Below are positions 1 through 6,388 of a stretch of 14,466 bases of DNA, in pieces. The stretch's first letter is position 1. The number at the start of each line of letters is the position of its first letter. The notes under the pieces were generated by a model. It worked only from the letters and a program-made list of their open reading frames with translations. It was not told the origin of the DNA and ran no database searches. The stretch is from Candidatus Yanofskybacteria bacterium (lineage in GTDB: Bacteria > Patescibacteriota > Minisyncoccia > 2-02-FULL-40-12 > GWA2-44-9): contig JACPNL010000011.1 in assembly GCA_016185505.1 (NCBI GenBank), positions 1 through 14,466 on the forward strand, written 5' to 3'. Position numbers and translations under genes: made by a program.

Positions 1-882
1 GGGAAGAATTATCTCTACATTCCCCACGGCCCGGTAGTAGATTTTTCAAATGCGCAAAGCGCAAAGCCGGAGGCAATTGAAAAATTCACTACCGGGCACG
101 GGCCGGAGATGTTGACTAAAAATTTTCAAGTTCAAGTTAAGAACGAGGTTGATAATTTTATGCGGTATCTTAAAAAGCTGGCAAGAGAAGAAAAATCAAT
201 TTTTGTGAAAATGGAACCTGCTTCCGATGTCGTTACGGAGACAATTTTCAGAAAAGGAATGAAGCGGTCAAAAAAAGAAATCCAGCCAGCAAAGTCAGTT
301 ATCCTTGATCTTTTCTTACCGGAAGATGAACTTTTGGCGCGGATGCACCACAAGACGAGGTATAATATCCGTCTCGCTGAGAAAAAAGGCCTGTGGCTGG
401 AAGAGTCAACCGACGTTGAAACATTCTGGAAGTTGCTCCAGAAGACCGCGAAGAAGGATAAGTTTTACACTCATGAAAAAAGTTATTACGAAAAACTTCT
501 GTCGTATTTTGCTCACGATCGTGAGAAAAATACGACAGAACTCTCAACACTACTGTTTTTTGTTTATTACAAAGACAAACCAATCGCCGGTGCAATAGTA
601 ATGTCGTATGGAGATACTGCATATTATCTGCACGGAGCGATGGACCGGAGTTACAAAGAACTAATGGCGCCGTATGCTTTGCACTGGGAGAATATAAAAT
701 TCTTGAAGCAAAAAGGATTCAAATACTACGATCTTTGGGGTATTGACGCGCAAAAGTGGCCCGGCGTTACCCGCTTCAAGCTCGGCTGGGGAGGCGATAC
801 AAAAGAATACCCCGGCTCGTTCGACATCCCTGTCTCAAAATTTTGGTATTTAATGTATAACCTTGCCAGAAAGGTATTTTAG
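1..882 (+). CDS. FemAB-family peptidyltransferase (peptidoglycan interpeptide bridge / aminoacyl-tRNA dependent); 5' partial, reading frame open to window start
   Basis: Frame 1 has no stop from position 1 to the annotated ATG at 109 (GKNYLYIPHGPVVDF...), so the gene continues upstream of the window. The C-terminal half carries FemAB-like segments (AYYLHGAMDRSYKELMAPYALHWENIKFLKQKGFKYYDLWGI). Stop TAG at 880-882. Confidence 0.55.
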   Translation, partial: GKNYLYIPHGPVVDFSNAQSAKPEAIEKFTTGHGPEMLTKNFQVQVKNEVDNFMRYLKKLAREEKSIFVKMEPASDVVTETIFRKGMKRSKKEIQPAKSVILDLFLPEDELLARMHHKTRYNIRLAEKKGLWLEESTDVETFWKLLQKTAKKDKFYTHEKSYYEKLLSYFAHDREKNTTELSTLLFFVYYKDKPIAGAIVMSYGDTAYYLHGAMDRSYKELMAPYALHWENIKFLKQKGFKYYDLWGIDAQKWPGVTRFKLGWGGDTKEYPGSFDIPVSKFWYLMYNLARKVF

Positions 883-920
883 GATAGAATGCTTTAAATA
901 GTTCTTTTTGGAGAAGTGCT

Positions 921-1337
921 TTGGCCCTTCTTAGATTAGCAGAAGAAAAAGACATTCCCCAGATCAAGAAAATTGCTGACGCGGATAAAAAATGTCTTGG
1001 TTTTATAAGTCGAGCGTGGCTCGGGGCTTCAATTGCAAAAGAGGAACTTCATATTGCCGTTCTTGATGGAGAAGTGGTTGGTTTTATCCGTTGGCACAAA
1101 CGTCGTGATGGAATGATTACCATTTACGATTTGTGTGTTGCCGAAAGATTCAGAAGAAAGAATATCGGCCAACAGCTCGTATCTGTTCTAGGTGATAGTT
1201 ATCTGCGATTAAAGTGCCATCAAGATAATCCGGCCCGCGATTTCTATAAACGTCTCGGCTTTGAAGTAGTGGGACTCGAGACCTCAAAAGGTGGAAGGAA
1301 GCTCAACATATTTGAAAGAAATAACGTCCCATTTTGA
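921..1337 (+). CDS. GNAT-family N-acetyltransferase
   Basis: 138-aa product with a GNAT acetyl-CoA binding pattern (VAERFRRKNIGQQLV ... FYKRLGFEVVG). TTG start at 921 preceded by GGAG at 910-913. The nearest in-frame upstream stop is at 885-887 and there is no ATG before 921. Confidence 0.7.
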   Translation: MALLRLAEEKDIPQIKKIADADKKCLGFISRAWLGASIAKEELHIAVLDGEVVGFIRWHKRRDGMITIYDLCVAERFRRKNIGQQLVSVLGDSYLRLKCHQDNPARDFYKRLGFEVVGLETSKGGRKLNIFERNNVPF

Positions 1338-1338
1338 A

Positions 1339-1364
1339 AAGACCGCAACCGGTCTTTATTTTAT
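1339..1364 (+). terminator. Rho-independent terminator after GNAT gene
   Basis: Stem AAGACCG (1339-1345) / CGGTCTT (1350-1356) with loop CAAC, followed by TATTTTAT. Confidence 0.6.
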
Positions 1365-1367
1365 AAA

Positions 1368-1396
1368 TATATGATATATCATAGTATCATATAATA
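1368..1396. promoter_or_regulatory. Palindromic operator-like motif (ATGATATATCAT + TATCATATAAT) overlapping a TATAAT -10 box, upstream of yerC-like gene
   Basis: TATGATATATCATA is a perfect palindrome at about 1370-1383. TCATATAAT follows at 1386-1394. The same motif recurs at 1881-1897. Confidence 0.45.
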
Positions 1397-1416
1397 GGTC
1401 TTAGTAATTTTACTAT

Positions 1417-1854
1417 ATGAAAGTTAGACCGAGAAAATTAGAAGGCAAGGATAGAATGAAGTATTTGGACACGCTTTATACGGCGATGTCCTCTTTAAAG
1501 TCCAGAGAAGAAATCAAGAGTTTTATGCGGGATTTACTGACAGAGAGCGAAAGAGTGATGCTAGGCCGCAGGATTCTAATAGCCAAGAAACTGTTGGAAG
1601 GCAAACTCTATACAGAGATTATTCAAGAAATGAAGGTGGGTATGGATACTATTATGAGAGTTCACAGGTGGCTTGAAGATGAAAATACCGGCTATGAAAA
1701 AGCCATTAAAGAATTAGACAAAACCCTGAAGGTTCGTGAAGAAAAGATAGAAAAATACAGGAACTATCCTACCACGGAATTCGGCAGGCTAAAAAGAAGA
1801 TACCCCCTACACTTCTTTTTGTTCAACTTATTCGACGAACTAAATAAAAAATAG
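1417..1854 (+). CDS. TrpR-like YerC/YecD family DNA-binding protein (alternative, better-supported start at 1456)
   Basis: LLTESERVMLGRRILIAKKLLEGKLYTEIIQEMKVGMDTIMRV matches the YerC/YecD Trp-repressor-like family. The ATG at 1456 is preceded by AAGGA (1446-1450), and B. subtilis YerC begins at the equivalent position. About 40-aa C-terminal extension. Confidence 0.6.
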   Translation: MKVRPRKLEGKDRMKYLDTLYTAMSSLKSREEIKSFMRDLLTESERVMLGRRILIAKKLLEGKLYTEIIQEMKVGMDTIMRVHRWLEDENTGYEKAIKELDKTLKVREEKIEKYRNYPTTEFGRLKRRYPLHFFLFNLFDELNKK

Positions 1855-1871
1855 TCAGTAGGTTATCATTT

Positions 1872-1897
1872 TATGATACTATGATATATCATATAAT
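1872..1897. promoter_or_regulatory. Second copy of palindromic ATGATA / TATCAT operator-like motif with TATAAT, upstream of Mur ligase gene
   Basis: TTATGATACTATGATATATCATATAAT shares ATGATATATCATATAAT with the site at 1371-1394. Confidence 0.45.
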
Positions 1898-1967
1898 TTA
1901 GTTTTTGTTTATTTTCTTTGTTTATTTTGGTTTTGTTATTCAAAAGTGTTATAAGTAAGTTATTCCT

Positions 1968-3455
1968 ATGTTCAAAGAAGGATTGTTGGACAAAATTTTA
2001 AGAAATATCAAAAAACTGATACCGAAGTCGGTATTTGATTTTTTTGCGCCGGTTTATCATGCTACTTTAGCTTATGTCGGGGCTTTTTTGTACGGATTTC
2101 CATCACGTTCAATGAAGGTCATCGGTGTGACGGGAACTAAAGGCAAGTCAACGACGGTTTTTTTGATAAGTAAGATTTTGGAGGCGGCAGAATTAACGAC
2201 ATCGGAAGGCCAAAGGACTTCCGATGTCAATGTGGAGGAGCGCCCTCCACAAGGCGGGGTGGCGGCAATCGGGTCTCTCGGATATAAAATAAAAGATAAA
2301 GAATGGCCGAATACTCTGAAAATGACAATGCCCGGCCGGTTCAAATTGCAGAAATTCCTGGCCGAAGCCAAAAGAGCCGGATGCAAGTATGTGGTTCTTG
2401 AAGTGACTTCGGAGGGCATCAAACAAAAGCGCCATATGGGAGTAAAATTTGATTGTGCCGTGTTTACTAATCTGCACGAAGAGCATATTGAAAGTCACGG
2501 TTCTTTTAAAAATTACTATAAAGCCAAGCAGGAATTATTCAAAAAGACCTCAAATATTCACGTAATTAATGCCGATGATCCCCGCGTAGATTTGTTTGGG
2601 AACTTTCCGGCAAAGCATAAGATATTTTATGGATTGGAAAAAGGGGATTTGGTTGCCGGCAAAATTCAGTCCACGGAAAAAGGAACATCATTTGAACTTT
2701 ATGGCACGCGCTTTGACACTCATTTGGCCGGAGAGTTTAATGTTATGAATTGTCTGGCGGCGCTGGCGGTGGGGGCGATGTATAAGATTGATTTGCCCGC
2801 GATGAAACCGGTTTTGGAGTCAATTAAATTTATTCCGGGAAGGATGGAGTTCATACAGCGGGAGCCGTTTGGAGTGGTGGTAGATTATGCGCACACGCCA
2901 GATTCTTTGCGAAGCGTTTATCAAACGCTTCGCAAGAATCTGGCGCAACCAACAACCAACCCCGCACCAAGCTTATCCGCTGACCGCCATTCAGAAAGGG
3001 GGCGGGCTTGGAGCGGGGCAGGCAACCGACAACCAACAACAGGAAAATTGATTTGTGTTCTTGGTGCGGCGGGCGGGGGTAGAGATAAATGGAAAAGGCC
3101 CGAATTCGGAAGAATCGCGTCGGAATACTGCGATGAGATTATTTTGACGAATGAAGACCCCTATGATGAAAATCCCCAAAGCATCATCAAAGATATTGAA
3201 AGGGGATTTTCATCGAAATTTTCAATTTTCAATTTTCAATTTTCAAATAAATCCCAATTACCAAATCACAAAATAATTCTTGACCGTCGTGAGGCAATTC
3301 AAACTGCCTTGACAGATGCCGGGGAAGGTGATACCGTTATTATCACAGGGAAGGGTTCGGAGACGTCAATGGCCGTCGCGGGGGGCAGGAAGCTCCCTTG
3401 GTCGGACAAGGATGTCGTCCGTGAAGCTCTTCGACAACAATCCTCCTGCGCATAA
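1968..3455 (+). CDS. Mur ligase family protein, MurE-like (UDP-N-acetylmuramoyl-tripeptide synthetase-like) lacking the canonical N-terminal domain; contains low-complexity in-frame insertions
   Basis: P-loop GVTGTKGKSTT, central domain VVLEVTSEGIKQKRH ... FTNLHEEHIESHG, MurE-type DYAHTPDSL motif, GAAGGGRDKWKRPEFG, C-terminal ITGKGSE. Only about 50 aa precede the P-loop, against about 110 in MurE. Confidence 0.8.
   Translation: MFKEGLLDKILRNIKKLIPKSVFDFFAPVYHATLAYVGAFLYGFPSRSMKVIGVTGTKGKSTTVFLISKILEAAELTTSEGQRTSDVNVEERPPQGGVAAIGSLGYKIKDKEWPNTLKMTMPGRFKLQKFLAEAKRAGCKYVVLEVTSEGIKQKRHMGVKFDCAVFTNLHEEHIESHGSFKNYYKAKQELFKKTSNIHVINADDPRVDLFGNFPAKHKIFYGLEKGDLVAGKIQSTEKGTSFELYGTRFDTHLAGEFNVMNCLAALAVGAMYKIDLPAMKPVLESIKFIPGRMEFIQREPFGVVVDYAHTPDSLRSVYQTLRKNLAQPTTNPAPSLSADRHSERGRAWSGAGNRQPTTGKLICVLGAAGGGRDKWKRPEFGRIASEYCDEIILTNEDPYDENPQSIIKDIERGFSSKFSIFNFQFSNKSQLPNHKIILDRREAIQTALTDAGEGDTVIITGKGSETSMAVAGGRKLPWSDKDVVREALRQQSSCA
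3217..3244 (+). repeat. 4 x AATTTTC heptamer tandem repeat inside Mur ligase CDS
   Basis: Direct reading: aattttc aattttc aattttc aattttc (encodes FSIFNFQFS). Confidence 0.9.
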
Positions 3456-3482
3456 AGCTACGGAGGACAAAGGAGAGAAGTG

Positions 3483-3866
3483 ATGTTTGAAGTGGTACTC
3501 TTTTTCGTCGTGGGAATTCTTGCGGTCGGTATTGGCGCCGCAATTGCGGTCGCCAATAACGAGGCGGTGTGGCTAGTGGCTAGCGTTATTGGAGCTGCTC
3601 TTCTTGGCATTACTACTTTCGACCTTGCTCCCCGAGCGTTGCCAACTGGAGCTCCGACTACTTCGATTGATGTCGGCGAGTATGCTCTTATGTACGTTGG
3701 TTCGTCCATGGTGGGTCATGTGGATGTGCTGACTATTAAGGATGCCGGAACACCTAGGACTTACTACCGATTTCCGACAGAAGCGTTTGATGGTGATATC
3801 AACATCAAAGCCACAAGACTAATTGTGGTGGAATCCGACGGATTCAAAAAACTGGTTCTGAAATAA
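3483..3866 (+). CDS. Hypothetical membrane protein (two N-terminal TM helices)
   Basis: Strong SD AGGAGAG (3471-3477) before the ATG at 3483 (GTG at 3480). Hydrophobic N-terminus VVLFFVVGILAVGIGAAIAVA ... LVASVIGAALLGI. GC content is higher than in neighbouring genes. Confidence 0.5.
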   Translation: MFEVVLFFVVGILAVGIGAAIAVANNEAVWLVASVIGAALLGITTFDLAPRALPTGAPTTSIDVGEYALMYVGSSMVGHVDVLTIKDAGTPRTYYRFPTEAFDGDINIKATRLIVVESDGFKKLVLK

Positions 3867-3867
3867 C

Positions 3868-3888
3868 GCGGGGTATCACCCCGTTTTA
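3868..3888 (+). terminator. Rho-independent terminator
   Basis: CGGGGT / ACCCCG stem (3869-3883) followed by TTTT. Confidence 0.55.
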
Positions 3889-4040
3889 TGTTGACGGAAA
3901 AGTTAAAAGGCCTATTGTATATTCAGTTGCCTTGACATCGACTGGAGACGGCCATTTCTTCCAACGCTACTTGCGAGGATTCTTCGCTAAAAACAAAGAA
4001 GAACAACCTGAAGAGATTTTATCGCGAAAACTTCCCCGGT

Positions 4041-4595
4041 TTGAAAATTCATCATCTTATACCTCGTAGCCGGGGCGGACAGACAGATTATTTTACTCTT
4101 TTCCCTTGGGATTTTATAAGTCACGATGCTTGGCATCAGCTTTTTTTAAATATGACCATTCAAGAGGTCTGGAATCGATTAGATGAAATTTATGCGGCTA
4201 TTTACTCGGAAGCAGAAATGGTTGTTCCATTTTGGGTGGGGGTCTGTACTCTTTACAAAGTCAGTCCCAAGAAACTCGCCAAATTTGAAGAACAAAAAAG
4301 AGATAAGCTCTCGTGGCCGGTAAGCGTCATTAAACTTCGGGATTTGTGGTTTAAGTGTTTTCGGAGTGATAATCTTGCGGATGCCAGGTCATTATTGTTG
4401 TATATGGCAATGTTTATGTTGTTTGGGTCCAAAATGATTGACCCTGAATCAATAAGCCAAGCTGACGCAGAATCACTGTTATCCCAAATACCTGATTTGC
4501 AGGATTATCAGCGTTGGGCGGTGAGCGTGTGCTTTAATCACGGCGTTAGTTCTATTTTTTCAAAAATCAACGAGTTTTATCTTGGCTCTCTTTAA
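4041..4595 (+). CDS. HNH-nuclease-motif protein (HHLIPRSRGG ... HDAWHQLF); start uncertain (TTG), possibly N-terminally degraded
   Basis: The HH-x-IP-x-S-x-GG plus H-x-AWH-x-LF pattern is typical of a small HNH (His-Me finger) family. The frame is open back to 3936 but has no ATG or GTG, so the TTG at 4041 was used. Confidence 0.4.
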   Translation: MKIHHLIPRSRGGQTDYFTLFPWDFISHDAWHQLFLNMTIQEVWNRLDEIYAAIYSEAEMVVPFWVGVCTLYKVSPKKLAKFEEQKRDKLSWPVSVIKLRDLWFKCFRSDNLADARSLLLYMAMFMLFGSKMIDPESISQADAESLLSQIPDLQDYQRWAVSVCFNHGVSSIFSKINEFYLGSL

Positions 4596-4611
4596 CGAGA
4601 GTTTTTTATTT
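4584..4611 (+). terminator. Rho-independent terminator (stop codon inside hairpin loop)
   Basis: CTCTC / GAGAG stem around the TAA, followed by TTTTTTATTTT. Confidence 0.5.
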
Positions 4612-4641
4612 TCAAGATTTATGTGGTAATATTCATATATT

Positions 4642-5142
4642 ATGGATATCGGGCGGCCACAACCAAATGACGAACCGAAACAGAGCGCAGAATTGTACCC
4701 TGCGGAATTTGCCGTTAGCAAAGTCGAAGCATCGCGGTTGCTTAAAAATTCAGGCCTGCCTTGGCTTTTGATAGTTCTGGTACTGGTACTTTTGGCTTTA
4801 TCTGTAAACATATTTAGACAGCCCGTTGCCTCGGATACGTCCGGTACTATCAGTTCATCTGTCGGGCCGACACCGGCGGTTCAGCCGAGGGTCTATACTG
4901 TTTCTTACAGGAACGGTGTTTTCAGTCCCACGAATCTAAGAATTCACGCCGGCGATACGGTGAGATTCAAGAATGAGAGTATATTTCCCATAAGAATAGT
5001 CGGAGACGATCTGGTCGGTTTCGATAGTATTGGTGACGTGCCCCAAGGAAGTTTTTTTGCTTTTACTTTTGCCGCTAGGGGAATATTCAGCTATCATAAT
5101 GAGAAGAGTCTCGACGAATCAGCTACGATAATAGTTCGATAA
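4642..5142 (+). CDS. Membrane-anchored cupredoxin-like (plastocyanin-fold-like) domain protein, no obvious Cu ligands
   Basis: TM helix LPWLLIVLVLVLLALSV, then a beta-rich domain YTVSYRNGVFSPTNLRIHAGDTVRFKNES...FSYH that resembles cupredoxin_1-like domains. The function call is weak. Confidence 0.35.
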   Translation: MDIGRPQPNDEPKQSAELYPAEFAVSKVEASRLLKNSGLPWLLIVLVLVLLALSVNIFRQPVASDTSGTISSSVGPTPAVQPRVYTVSYRNGVFSPTNLRIHAGDTVRFKNESIFPIRIVGDDLVGFDSIGDVPQGSFFAFTFAARGIFSYHNEKSLDESATIIVR

Positions 5143-5156
5143 TATGCGATACCAAT

Positions 5157-5218
5157 ATACTAATTCATACTAATGATACGAATAGTGTTTCGTTCTTCCA
5201 TTAGTATAATTAGTATGC
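5157..5218. repeat. Long imperfect inverted repeat (arms ATACTAATTCATACTAATG / CATTAGTATAATTAGTAT, 23-nt loop)
   Basis: The right arm (5199-5218) is the reverse complement of the left arm (5157-5175) apart from a one-nucleotide bulge. Each arm is itself a direct repeat of ATACTAAT. Confidence 0.7.
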
Positions 5219-5249
5219 ATTCGTATATTAGCATCGCGATAGTGTTAGC

Positions 5250-5417
5250 ATGAGAAATCTTTTAACCGTACAAATTGAGTCATATCTGGGCGCGGTATTT
5301 ATATCTCTTTTCGCGTTGTTTTTTATCGCGTTGATTTTCATTGTTATGAAAAACTTTGACTCGGAACTTAGCGTTATGCAATCTGAAAACCTCGAAGTTA
5401 AAATCTCTCCACGATGA
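5250..5417 (+). CDS. Putative 55-aa single-TM micro-protein, translationally coupled (ATGA overlap) to downstream gene
   Basis: MRNLLTVQIESYLGAVFISLFALFFIALIFIVMKNFDSELSVMQSENLEVKISPR. Its stop TGA (5415-5417) overlaps the ATG (5414-5416) of the next gene. No SD. Absent from the ORF track because it is short. Confidence 0.3.
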   Translation: MRNLLTVQIESYLGAVFISLFALFFIALIFIVMKNFDSELSVMQSENLEVKISPR

Positions 5418-6247
5418 TTCGATTAGGGCCCTTACTATTTATCAAGGAAGTAGTTCTTTTTGGCCTTACGCTGGCTCTTGGTCTCTATACCGCTTATTAT
5501 TACTCTTTTTACTTTACCGATCTGGTTCAGAATGGAATGGTGAATTTTACGCCGGCTGATCTGATTATTTTGGCTATTTTGTTCGTCGCTATTTTCTTTG
5601 TGGCGCGGCACAAGAGGGTTGCCCGCTTTTCCTTCAGGTTCTTTCTTATATTGATCGTCTTTTCCGGAACTCAAGTTGTGTTGGGCACTATTCTGCCTTC
5701 GCCTTGGGACTTGTTGTTTGCGGTTATCTTTACTTTAATATTCTCTATCGGTATTAATGTGTTGGTTCACAATCTAGGTATTATTCTTGGAATTGCCGGT
5801 ATTGCGGCTGTATTCGGTCTCTCTATTTCAATTGAGTTCGGGCTTGTCCTGTTGGTTGTTCTTTCTTTATATGACATAGTGGCCGTTTATGTGACAAAGC
5901 ACATGGTGACTATGGCCAGAAGTATGGTCGAAGGCGGTGCGGTGTTTGGATTTTTAATTCCGTTTGAGTTCAAAGGATTTTTTTATGGAAGAGATGAGGC
6001 AAAGGCCGGAATAGGGGAGAATTTCATGATACTTGGTTCGGGAGATATCGGATTGCCGCTTATTTTTGCGGTTTCTCTGGTTAGGGTTTCTCTGATATCC
6101 GCGATAATTACGGCCACATTCTCTTTGCTGGGATTATTTATTACTCACCTTCTTTTTATAAACCAAGGACAGCGAAGGGCAATGGCGGCTTTGCCACCGA
6201 TCGCGACACTTACAATAATTGGTTACCTTGTAACCCAATTATTGTAA
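5414..6247 (+). CDS. Polytopic membrane protein, presenilin / signal-peptide-peptidase-like (A22 family-like) intramembrane aspartyl protease candidate
   Basis: About 8 TM segments. Candidate catalytic motifs sit in TM helices: LSLYDIVAVY (YD), ILGSGDIGLPLIF (GxGD) and AALPPIA (PAL-like). Confidence 0.45.
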   Translation: MIRLGPLLFIKEVVLFGLTLALGLYTAYYYSFYFTDLVQNGMVNFTPADLIILAILFVAIFFVARHKRVARFSFRFFLILIVFSGTQVVLGTILPSPWDLLFAVIFTLIFSIGINVLVHNLGIILGIAGIAAVFGLSISIEFGLVLLVVLSLYDIVAVYVTKHMVTMARSMVEGGAVFGFLIPFEFKGFFYGRDEAKAGIGENFMILGSGDIGLPLIFAVSLVRVSLISAIITATFSLLGLFITHLLFINQGQRRAMAALPPIATLTIIGYLVTQLL

Positions 6248-6388
6248 ATTGACCTAATTATACTAATTAACCTAATTATTCTAAATAATGCCCAATACCT
6301 AATCACCAAATGCCTAAAACAGCTTGGTCATTCGGTCATTAGAATTTATTTAGGTCAATTAGATTAATTAGAACAATTAGAATAATTT
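6248..6388. repeat. About 140-bp AT-rich palindromic intergenic element (copy A) built from 9-bp TAATTNNNC units in inverted arms; MITE-like
   Basis: Left arm ttgacc taattatac taattaacc taattattc taaataat. Right arm atttattta ggtcaatta gattaatta gaacaatta gaataatt. Strongly similar to 13350-13495. It directly abuts the ATG at 6389. Confidence 0.7.

Noticed and set aside
2072-2498. Minus-strand ORFs inside the Mur ligase gene (116 aa, 101 aa)
   Set aside because: They are antisense to a strongly supported Mur ligase frame and have no features of their own.
5356-5559. 67-aa plus-strand ORF overlapping the start of the presenilin-like gene
   Set aside because: Different frame, overlapping both the micro-ORF and the 5414 gene. 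The 5250-5417 / 5414-6247 coupled pair explains the region better.
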